DNA from: a virus
Lineage: Duplodnaviria > Heunggongvirae > Uroviricota > Caudoviricetes
Reading direction: 5' to 3' (one strand)
DNA length: 17,168 nucleotides
Virus record (IMG/VR): IMGVR_UViG_2639763151_000002
This document shows, piece after piece, positions 1 to 6,821 of the stretch (position 1 is the first letter of the stretch; each line of letters opens with the position of its first letter). Made by a program: the position numbers and the translations under genes. The notes under the pieces are model-generated. The model searched no databases. It was not told the origin of the DNA and worked only from the letters and a program-made list of their open reading frames with translations.

Positions 1-471
1 CTGGCGGATGCCTTACCGGAAAGTGCAGCCCGTAAGGCACTGAGATTACCGAAGCCTGTTGTGCCGTCTGTTACCCGGGAAAGTGACCTTGTGCCTTCGG
101 TTCCTGCCACCAGCATCATCCAGGATAAGGCGAAAAAGGTGCTGGCGCTGAAAGTGGATCCGGAGTCGCCGGAGTCTTTTATGTTACGCCCAAAACGTCG
201 CCGCTGGGTTAATGAAAAGTACACGCGCTGGGTTAAGACACAGCCGTGTGCATGTTGTGGAAAGCCCGCTGATGATCCCCACCACCTGATAGGTCACGGT
301 CAGGGTGGAATGGGAACAAAAGCGCATGACCTTTTTGTGTTGCCTTTGTGCAGAAAGCATCACGACGAGCTGCATGCGGATACCGTGGCATTTGAAGAGA
401 AGTATGGCTCCCAGCTGGAGCTGATATTTCGTTTTATCGATCGTGCGCTGGCAATTGGCGTGCTGGCCTGA
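1..471 (+). CDS. DUF968-like phage protein with C-terminal HNH-type Cys/His motif (YdfU-like); 5' end lies outside the window
   Basis: The reading frame is open from base 1 with no stop; the listed ORF at 61 is only an internal GTG. The C-terminus carries a CxxC...HH...H metal-binding/HNH-like pattern (CACCGKPADDPHHLIGHG...CRKHHDELH). In lambdoid prophages such a gene typically sits just upstream of Q. Confidence 0.6.
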   Translation: MADALPESAARKALRLPKPVVPSVTRESDLVPSVPATSIIQDKAKKVLALKVDPESPESFMLRPKRRRWVNEKYTRWVKTQPCACCGKPADDPHHLIGHGQGGMGTKAHDLFVLPLCRKHHDELHADTVAFEEKYGSQLELIFRFIDRALAIGVLA

Positions 472-488
472 TTTTGTGGAGAAAGTTG

Positions 489-851
489 ATGCGTGATATG
501 TATGAAGTATTGGACCGCTGGGGAGCATGGGCTGCAGCAGAAAATAGTGGTGTGGACTGGCAGCCGATAGCGGCTGGTTTCAAGGGACTTTTACCACACG
601 GTAAAAAGTCACGTCTCCAGTGTGATGATGATGAAGGCATCATGATAGACGGTTGTGTGGCTCGGTTGCGAAAGTATAAACCAGAGGAATATGAGCTAAT
701 CATAGCTCACTTTGTTATTGGTATCTCATTACGCACTATTGCCAAGAAGAGAAGATGTTCAGATGGCACAATTAGGAAGGAATTGCAGACTGCCATGGGG
801 TTTATCAGCGGTGTAATAATAACTATAAACCCCATTATGGTAGTTAATTAA
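489..851 (+). CDS. Q: late-gene antitermination protein Q (short, phage 21/82-type; not lambda Q family)
   Basis: Protein MRDMYEVLDRWGAWAA...IAAGFKGLL...CSDG...RKELQ matches the short Q family of E. coli prophages as recalled. ATG at 489 is preceded by GGAG at 478-481; the listed ORF start at 474 is a TTG. It lies directly upstream of the lysis cassette. Confidence 0.75.
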   Translation: MRDMYEVLDRWGAWAAAENSGVDWQPIAAGFKGLLPHGKKSRLQCDDDEGIMIDGCVARLRKYKPEEYELIIAHFVIGISLRTIAKKRRCSDGTIRKELQTAMGFISGVIITINPIMVVN

Positions 852-1419
852 TGTGAATCCTATCACCAAGATAGTATAGTCCAAAAAATGTTGAAACAAG
901 CATTTGCCATGTAAGGAATAAAAAGATAATGATATAGCACCAGTTTGCTATATCATTATTCAGTATGTTTATTAGTGGTGTGATAAAAGCGTTGAAAATC
1001 ACTATGCATATGCTGAGGGCAGTTAAAAATGAAAATAACATGCACAGAAATAATCTTCTGGTAAGTTTCTCTTGAGTGTCAACAATTCTACCATTTTCTT
1101 TTGTTCGTGTAATTTTAATAAAAGGAGTGCCATTAGTTCCTATCAGAGGGTAGTCAATTTGTTCTCTGTTGAAAGTGGCTATTGCTGCAAGAGCTGCTAT
1201 ATAAAAACCTGGCAGATTTGATACAAATCCAGATATAGACTTAATAAAGCCGCCATCTTTTAGTAGGTCTGATGTAGGTATTTTAAATAAATAAAAGTAA
1301 AAAAAAGAAATCACAGCAAGCCCGGCAGGTGCATAAAAATCGTATGCGCACTTACCACTAATTCCCTTAATGAAAAGGTAACCAAACGGTCTAAATAAAT
1401 GTGAAAATATACTAATCAT
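844..1419 (-). CDS. hypothetical integral membrane protein, 191 aa, about four predicted TM helices; second gene of the AT-rich cassette
   Basis: Uninterrupted ORF with GAGG 7 nt upstream of the ATG at 1419. Hydrophobic stretches AGLAVISFFYFYLF, GFYIAALAAIATF, LFLCMLFSFLTALSICIVIF and WCYIIIFLFLTWQMLVSTFFGLYYL. No lambda counterpart. Confidence 0.7.
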   Translation of the reverse strand: MISIFSHLFRPFGYLFIKGISGKCAYDFYAPAGLAVISFFYFYLFKIPTSDLLKDGGFIKSISGFVSNLPGFYIAALAAIATFNREQIDYPLIGTNGTPFIKITRTKENGRIVDTQEKLTRRLFLCMLFSFLTALSICIVIFNAFITPLINILNNDIANWCYIIIFLFLTWQMLVSTFFGLYYLGDRIHIN

Positions 1420-1426
1420 ATTAGCC

Positions 1427-2455
1427 TCACATGACCTCGATAATCTTATTCACAAACTCCATGTTAATACTATCATAAGAATCCTTTAAGCGCGAAGAAA
1501 AACCATTTATTACACTCTTTTTGATAAATGTTTTTTCCAGCCCATCCAGCCTTACATTTGAAGTTTGAAGGTCAACTTGTCTTGTGAATCCTGTCTCTGG
1601 CTCTTTGAATTTTATTTTTATTAAGTCATAACCTCCATTTTTATCTTCTTTAAAGAAGTTTGAGACAGATTTTATCCATCCAAGGACATTGTTGGGGCCA
1701 TGGTTTGGTACTAAGCGTAAAGTACTTTCTTTAGGAATAATAGCCGCGTTAACATCTGGCGCATTAATAGTTCTGTATTCATTCTTTACCAAAACGACAT
1801 CAGAAAGTCCTTCTTTATTTATTTTATTGAACAAATCTTCATCTAACTTTCCAGATATATCAAAGACTGGCTTGTATAATACTTTTATTTTTTTCTTTGT
1901 TAAACTTGACACTTCATTTGTTAAAGTGTTACATGAAAAGATATCTTCATTATCTTTGGCTACGTTAAAGAGAACTTTATTCAGGAAACCATTTATTTTT
2001 GCTGTGGAAACTCCTGGTATTGGCATAAAACTCATGTCATACGTTCGCATATTTCCGTCTAGAGAAATAATCATATGAGAAGAAACTTCGTAACCTTCAC
2101 CTTCCTCATGTTTTGGTGATATTTCGGTGCGAACATCTGTATTAATGTTTTTTAATACAGTAGTGCTTCCATTTTTATCTACAGCATTAATTAAAAGACC
2201 AAGATGGCTGGGTTTTTTATCGGCTCTGTTTGATAAGAATATTACATCTTGTAAAGTTAAAACTAAGTCTCCTTTTTCATAACTGTGCATCATTGCTTTA
2301 CAACGTACTATTTTAGAAGCAAGTTCACGCATTGTTGGTACCGGGCAAACACAGTTCGATCTGATGCTATCATCAATTTTCTGTGTACGGTATTGTGTAT
2401 CGATCGTAATAGTATGATGAGTTATTACTCTACTAAATGCGTCCAGTGTAGCCAT
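1427..2455 (-). CDS. hypothetical soluble protein, 342 aa, Lys/Asn-rich; first gene of the AT-rich cassette
   Basis: Long ORF in about 30% GC DNA whose stop lies 7 nt upstream of the membrane gene start, giving an operon arrangement. No Walker A, HNH or other motif was recognised by eye. Confidence 0.7.
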   Translation of the reverse strand: MATLDAFSRVITHHTITIDTQYRTQKIDDSIRSNCVCPVPTMRELASKIVRCKAMMHSYEKGDLVLTLQDVIFLSNRADKKPSHLGLLINAVDKNGSTTVLKNINTDVRTEISPKHEEGEGYEVSSHMIISLDGNMRTYDMSFMPIPGVSTAKINGFLNKVLFNVAKDNEDIFSCNTLTNEVSSLTKKKIKVLYKPVFDISGKLDEDLFNKINKEGLSDVVLVKNEYRTINAPDVNAAIIPKESTLRLVPNHGPNNVLGWIKSVSNFFKEDKNGGYDLIKIKFKEPETGFTRQVDLQTSNVRLDGLEKTFIKKSVINGFSSRLKDSYDSINMEFVNKIIEVM

Positions 2456-2568
2456 TTCAAAATATCCGCTTCTTTGCTGTTTTTATATGGAGAAAGTTTA
2501 CATAACCACTAACGCGTACGCAAAAACTATTGTATCGTGTTAAGAGTGGTTACTTCGCCACACAGCTT

Positions 2569-2598
2569 AAACCCGCCGTCGAGCGGGTTTTGTCGTTT
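2569..2598 (+). terminator. candidate intrinsic terminator (tR'-like) upstream of the holin gene
   Basis: Stem AAACCCGC / GCGGGTTT at 2569-2576 and 2583-2590 with loop CGTCGA, followed by TTTTGTCGTTTC. The position between the Q region and the holin is where the Q-antiterminated tR' is expected. Confidence 0.4.
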
Positions 2599-2742
2599 CT
2601 GGGGCTGGGGATTCGTTGGTCCTGGCCTATTCCGCAGTTATCCATTGGCTCGGCTTCTTTGACGTTTCCGCTTCTGATTTGCGGTACATGATGTTCCCTC
2701 AATTTGCACCTGCTGTATCAGCGAGGTGAGAGATAACTACAA

Positions 2743-3069
2743 ATGCCTCATAACCCAAATACCTGGCTGGAGTTGGTCCAGAGCTGGTGGCGTGGAGACA
2801 CACCACTGGGCGCAGTGATTATGTCGATTGTTATGGCTGGATTGCGCATTGCCTATTTTGGCGGTGGTGGTGGGTGGAAGCGAAAAACGCTCGAGATTTT
2901 GCTCTGTGGTGCTCTGACGCTGACTTTTGCATCCGCTCTTGAGTATGTCGGATGGCCTAAATCTCTTTCTGTTGCCATTGGTGGCGGTGTTGGGCTGATT
3001 GGTGTCGATGCAATTCGTGGGGTTGCAATGCGAGTAATCGGTAACAAATTTGGTAGCTCGAAGGAGTAA
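2743..3069 (+). CDS. holin (class I-like, three predicted TM helices); not lambda S family
   Basis: 108-aa protein with three hydrophobic segments and a charged C-terminus, ending 3 nt before the endolysin R start. SD GAGGTGAGAG precedes the ATG. Confidence 0.7.
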   Translation: MPHNPNTWLELVQSWWRGDTPLGAVIMSIVMAGLRIAYFGGGGGWKRKTLEILLCGALTLTFASALEYVGWPKSLSVAIGGGVGLIGVDAIRGVAMRVIGNKFGSSKE

Positions 3070-3072
3070 TTT

Positions 3073-3549
3073 ATGCAGGCACTAAATTCCCAGCGTAAAG
3101 CTTTCCTCGATATGGTGGCATGGTCAGAAGGAACGGATAACGGACGGCAGAAAACCAGAAATCATGGTTATGACGTCATTGTAGGCGGAGAGCTATTTAC
3201 TGATTACTCCGATCATCCTCGCAAACTTGTCACACTAAACCCAAAACTAAAATCAACAGCCGCCGGACGTTATCAGCTTCTTTCACGCTGGTGGGATGCT
3301 TATCGTAAGCAGCTTGCTCTGAAAGACTTCTCTCCGAAAAGCCAGGACGCTGTGGCATTGCAGCAGATTAAGGAGCGTGGCGCTTTACCGATGATTGATC
3401 GCGGTGATATTCGTCAGGCAATTGACCGTTGCAGCAATATCTGGGCTTCACTGCCGGGCGCTGGTTATGGTCAGTTCGAGCATAAGGCTGACAGCCTGAT
3501 TGCAAAATTCAAAGAAGCAGGCGGAACGGTCAGAGAGATTGAGGTATGA
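3073..3549 (+). CDS. R: endolysin R (lytic transglycosylase)
   Basis: 158 aa, near-identical to lambda R as recalled ([56 protein letters not shown]...). Confidence 0.95.
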   Translation: MQALNSQRKAFLDMVAWSEGTDNGRQKTRNHGYDVIVGGELFTDYSDHPRKLVTLNPKLKSTAAGRYQLLSRWWDAYRKQLALKDFSPKSQDAVALQQIKERGALPMIDRGDIRQAIDRCSNIWASLPGAGYGQFEHKADSLIAKFKEAGGTVREIEV

Positions 3550-4007
3550 GCAGAGTAACCGCGATTATCTCCGCTCTGGTTATCTGCATCATCGTCTGCT
3601 TGTCATGGGCTGTTAATCATTACCGCGATAACGCCATTACCTACAAAGCCCAGCGCGACAAAAATGCCAGAGAACTGAAGCTGGCGAACTCGACAATTAC
3701 TGACATGCAGGTGCGCCAGCGTGATGTTGCTGCGCTCGATGCAAAATACACGAAGGAGTTAGCTGATGCGAAAGCTGAAAATGATGCTCTGCGTGATGAT
3801 GTTGCCGCTGGTCGTCGTCGGTTGCACATCAAAGCAGTCTGTCAGTCAGTGCGTGAAGCCACCACCGCCTCCGGCATGGATAATGCAGCCTCCCCCCGAC
3901 TGGCAGACACCGCTGAACGGGATTATTTCACCCTCAGAGAGAGGCTGATCACTATGCAAAAACAACTGGAAGGAACCCAGAAGTATATTAATGAGCAGTG
4001 CAGATAG
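3546..4007 (+). CDS. Rz: Rz inner-membrane spanin (i-spanin)
   Basis: 153 aa, near-identical to lambda Rz as recalled; the ATGA start/stop overlaps the end of R. Confidence 0.95.
   Translation: MSRVTAIISALVICIIVCLSWAVNHYRDNAITYKAQRDKNARELKLANSTITDMQVRQRDVAALDAKYTKELADAKAENDALRDDVAAGRRRLHIKAVCQSVREATTASGMDNAASPRLADTAERDYFTLRERLITMQKQLEGTQKYINEQCR
3766..3948 (+). CDS. Rz1: Rz1 outer-membrane lipoprotein spanin (o-spanin), embedded in Rz in the +1 frame
   Basis: 60 aa with lipobox LVVVGC and proline-rich stretch [15 protein letters not shown], matching lambda Rz1 as recalled. Confidence 0.9.
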   Translation: MRKLKMMLCVMMLPLVVVGCTSKQSVSQCVKPPPPPAWIMQPPPDWQTPLNGIISPSERG

Positions 4008-4038
4008 AGCTGCCCATATCGATGGGCAACTCATGCAA

Positions 4039-4332
4039 TTATTGTGAGCAATACACACGCGCTTCCAGTGGAGTATAAATGCCTAAAGTAATAAAACCGA
4101 GAAATCCATTTACGAATGTTTGCTGGGTTTCTGTTTTAACAACATTTTCTGCGCCGCCACAAATTTTGGCTGCATCGACAGTTTTCTTCTGCCCAATTCC
4201 AGAGACGAAGAAATGGTGGGTGATGGTTTCCTTTGGTGTTACTGCTGCCGGTTTGTTTTGAACAGTAAACGTCTGTTGGGCACATCCTGTAATAAGCAGG
4301 GCCAGCGCAGTAGCGAGTAGCATTTTTTTCAT
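4039..4332 (-). CDS. bor: Bor lipoprotein (serum-resistance moron)
   Basis: 97 aa MKKMLLATALALLITGCAQQTFTVQNKPAAV..., essentially identical to lambda Bor as recalled. Confidence 0.95.
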   Translation of the reverse strand: MKKMLLATALALLITGCAQQTFTVQNKPAAVTPKETITHHFFVSGIGQKKTVDAAKICGGAENVVKTETQQTFVNGFLGFITLGIYTPLEARVYCSQ

Positions 4333-4623
4333 GGTGTTATTCCCGATGCTTTTTAAAGTTCGCAGAATCGTATGTGTAGAAAATTAAACAAACCCTAAAC
4401 AATGAGTTGAAATCTCATATTGTTAATATTTATTAATGTATGTCAGATGCGAAGGATCGTCACTGTATTCCCGGATTAACTATGTCCGCAGCCCTGACAG
4501 GGAAACTCCTCTGCGGGAGTGTCCGGGAATAATTAATAACGATGCACACAGGGTTTAGCGCTTACACGTATTGCATTATGCCAACGCCCCGGTGCTGACA
4601 CGGAAGAAACCGGACGTTATGAT

Positions 4624-5157
4624 TTAGCGTGGAAAGATTTGTGTAGTGTTCTGAATGCTCTCAGTAAATAGTAATGAATTATCAAAGGCATAGTAATATC
4701 TTTTATGTTCGTGGATATTTGTAACCCATCGGAAAACTCCTGCTTTAGCAAGATTTTCCCTGTATTGCTGAAATGTGATTTCTCTTGATTTCAACCTATC
4801 ATAGGACGTTTCTATAAGATGCGTATTTCTTGAGAATTTAACATTTACAACCTTTTTAAGTCCTTTTATTAACACAGTGTTATCGTTTTCTAACACAATG
4901 TGAATATTATCTGTGGCTAGATAGTAAATATAATGTGAGACATTGTGACGTTTTAGTTCAGAATAAAACAATTCACAGTTTAAATCTTTTCGCACTTGAT
5001 CGAATATTTCTTTAAAAATGGCAACCTGAGCCATTGGTAAAACCTTCCATGTGATACGAGGGCGCGTAGTTTGCATTATCGTTTTTATCGTTTCAATCTG
5101 GTCTGACCTCTTTGTGTTTTGTTGATGATTTATGTCAAATATTAGGAATGTTTTCAA
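4624..5157 (-). CDS. hypothetical protein, homolog of lambda right-end ORF lambdap78 (annotated elsewhere as putative envelope protein)
   Basis: 177-aa ORF in AT-rich DNA at the same distance from cosN as lambdap78, as recalled. Confidence 0.65.
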   Translation of the reverse strand: MKTFLIFDINHQQNTKRSDQIETIKTIMQTTRPRITWKVLPMAQVAIFKEIFDQVRKDLNCELFYSELKRHNVSHYIYYLATDNIHIVLENDNTVLIKGLKKVVNVKFSRNTHLIETSYDRLKSREITFQQYRENLAKAGVFRWVTNIHEHKRYYYAFDNSLLFTESIQNTTQIFPR

Positions 5158-5319
5158 TTAATAGTATTGGTTGCGTAACAAAGTGCGGTCCTGCTGGCAT
5201 TCTGGAGGGAAATACAACCGACAGATGTATGTAAGGCCAACGTGCTCAAATCTTCATACAGAAAGATTTGAAGTAATATTTTAACCTCTAGATGAAGAGC
5301 AAGCGCATGGAGCGACAAA

Positions 5320-5526
5320 ATGAATAAAGAACAATCTGCTGATGATCCCTCCGTGGATCTGATTCGTGTAAAAAATATGCTTAATAGCACCATTTCTATG
5401 AGTTACCCTGATGTTGTAATTGCATGTATAGAACATAAGGTGTCTCTGGAAGCATTCAGGGCAATTGAGGCAGCGTTGGTGAAGCACGATAATAATATGA
5501 AGGATTATTCCCTGGTGGTTGACTGA
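5320..5526 (+). CDS. small hypothetical protein, homolog of lambda lambdap79 / YbcW-like
   Basis: 68-aa [36 protein letters not shown]... at the lambdap79 position relative to cosN. Confidence 0.6.
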
Positions 5527-5690
5527 TCACCATAACTGCTAATCATTCAAACTACTTAACCTGTGACAGAGCCAACACGCAGTCTGTCACTGTCAGGAAA
5601 GTGGTAAAACTGCAACTCAATTACTGCAATGCCCTCGTAATTAAGTGAATTTACAATATCGTCCTGTTCGGAGGGAAGAACGCGGGATGT

Positions 5691-5885
5691 TCATTCTTCA
5701 TCACTTTTAATTGATGTATATGCTCTCTTTTCTGACGTTAGCCTCCGACGGCAGGCTTCAATGACCCAGGCTGAGAAATTTCCGGACCCTTTTTGATCAA
5801 GAGCGATGTTAATTTGTTCAATCATTTGGTTAGGAAAGCGGATGTTGCGGGTTGTTGTTCTGCGGGTTCTGTTCTTCGTTGACAT
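5691..5885 (-). CDS. small basic hypothetical protein (YlcI/DUF3950-like), 64 aa
   Basis: Intact ORF MSTKNRTRRTTTRNIRFPNQMIEQINIALDQKGSGNFSAWVIEACRRRL about 200 bp upstream of cos; it resembles small prophage proteins at this position. No clear SD was examined. Confidence 0.4.
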   Translation of the reverse strand: MSTKNRTRRTTTRNIRFPNQMIEQINIALDQKGSGNFSAWVIEACRRRLTSEKRAYTSIKSDEE

Positions 5886-6084
5886 GAGGTTGCCCCGTAT
5901 TCAGTGTCGCTGATTTGTATTGTCTGAAGTTGTTTTTACGTTAAGTTGATGCGGATCAATTAATACGATACCTGCGTCATAATTGATTATTTGACGTGGT
6001 TTGATGGCGTAGATGCACGTTGTGACATGTAGATGATAATTATTATCATTTTGCGGGTCCTTTCCGGCGATCCGACAGGTTACG

Positions 6085-6096
6085 GGGCGGCGACCT
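6085..6096 (+). other. cosN, the 12-nt cohesive-end sequence GGGCGGCGACCT (terminase nicking site)
   Basis: Exact lambda cohesive-end sequence, flanked by lambda-like GACAGGTTACG upstream and CGCGG.TTTTC.CTATTTATGAAAATTTT downstream. Confidence 0.85.
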
Positions 6097-6272
6097 CGCG
6101 GTTTTTCACTATTTATGAAAATTTTTCAGGGAAAATCGTGTCGGTACTTCTCGAATATAACTTTTTGTTTTTTTTTATATTGCATCCGTAAAGGTCCGAC
6201 ATGAAAGTGTCCGAAAATGCCTTTTTCTGGCGTTTTCATGTCGGGCCTTGTATTTGATAATGGGTTGTTTTC
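6097..6272 (+). promoter_or_regulatory. cosB-like terminase small-subunit binding region between cosN and Nu1
   Basis: The cosN-proximal block resembles lambda, then diverges. Inverted repeat GGTCCGACATGAAA (6193-6206) / TTTCATGTCGGGCC (6234-6247) plus a half-repeat GTCCGAAAATG (6209-6219), consistent with R-type Nu1 sites. Confidence 0.55.
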
Positions 6273-6821
6273 ATGAAGGTTAATAAAAAGAGGCTTGCCG
6301 AAATTTTCAACGTGGACCCGCGGACGATTGAACGCTGGCAGTCTCAGGGACTCCCTTGCGCCTCCAAAGGTAGTAAGGGCATTGAATCTGTATTTGATAC
6401 TGCCATGGCAATTCAGTGGTATGCGCAGAGGGAAACTGATATCGAAAACGAAAAGCTCCGCAAAGAACTGGACGATTTGCGTGCGGCAGCGGAGTCAGAT
6501 TTACAACCCGGCACCATTGACTATGAACGCTACCGGCTCACAAAAGCGCAGGCAGATGCGCAGGAACTGAAAAATGCCCGTGAAGACGGAGTAGTGCTGG
6601 AAACTGAACTGTTTACCTTCATTCTGCAACGTGTGGCACAGGAGATTTCGGGGATACTTGTGCGTGTGCCGTTGACATTACAGCGTAAATATCCGGACAT
6701 TTCACCATCACACCTTGATGTGGTGAAAACTGAAATCGCGAAAGCCTCCAATGTTGCAGCTAAGGCCGGTGAAAACGTGGGCGGGTGGATCGATGATTTC
6801 AGACGCGCAGAAGGCAGCTAA
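6273..6821 (+). CDS. Nu1: terminase small subunit Nu1
   Basis: 182 aa [12 protein letters not shown]...[11 protein letters not shown], aligning with lambda Nu1 (MEVNKKQLADIF...) but diverged in the N-terminal DNA-binding part. Confidence 0.9.

Noticed and set aside
184-703. Minus-strand ORFs of 114 and 89 aa overlapping the DUF968 gene and Q
   Set aside because: Antisense to two well-supported plus-strand genes; no independent support.
844-851. TTAATTAA (PacI site) exactly at the Q/cassette junction as a sign of engineering
   Set aside because: An AT-only 8-mer is not unlikely by chance in 1.6 kb of roughly 70% AT DNA, and it doubles as overlapping stop codons for both convergent genes. A natural origin is more plausible, though not excluded.
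1689-2078. 129-aa plus-strand ORF inside the cassette
   Set aside because: Antisense to the 342-aa gene; low-complexity, hydrophobic translation typical of the reverse frame of AT-rich coding DNA.
844-2455. Assignment of the cassette to Kiwi (KwaAB) or RexAB
   Set aside because: Kiwi has the membrane gene first, whereas here the soluble gene is first. The RexAB resemblance is in architecture only; I recognise no sequence similarity to RexA or RexB, so no family is assigned.
844-2742. Shiga toxin (stxAB) or tRNA genes, which often occupy the Q-S interval
   Set aside because: The ORFs here are on the opposite strand, and the products are a 342-aa soluble protein and a four-helix membrane protein, not an A/B toxin pair of about 315 and 89 aa with signal peptides. 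No tRNA-like sequence was seen.
2853-4320. Small ORFs antisense to or overlapping the holin, Rz and bor (2853-3047, 3641-3832, 3846-4058, 4079-4261, 4120-4320)
   Set aside because: The region is fully explained by the holin, R, Rz, Rz1 and bor; only Rz1 is a known embedded gene. The others have no support.
5154-5487. Minus-strand ORFs of 79 and 68 aa overlapping the lambdap79-like gene
   Set aside because: They overlap a conserved plus-strand ORF and the divergent intergenic region; treated as chance ORFs.
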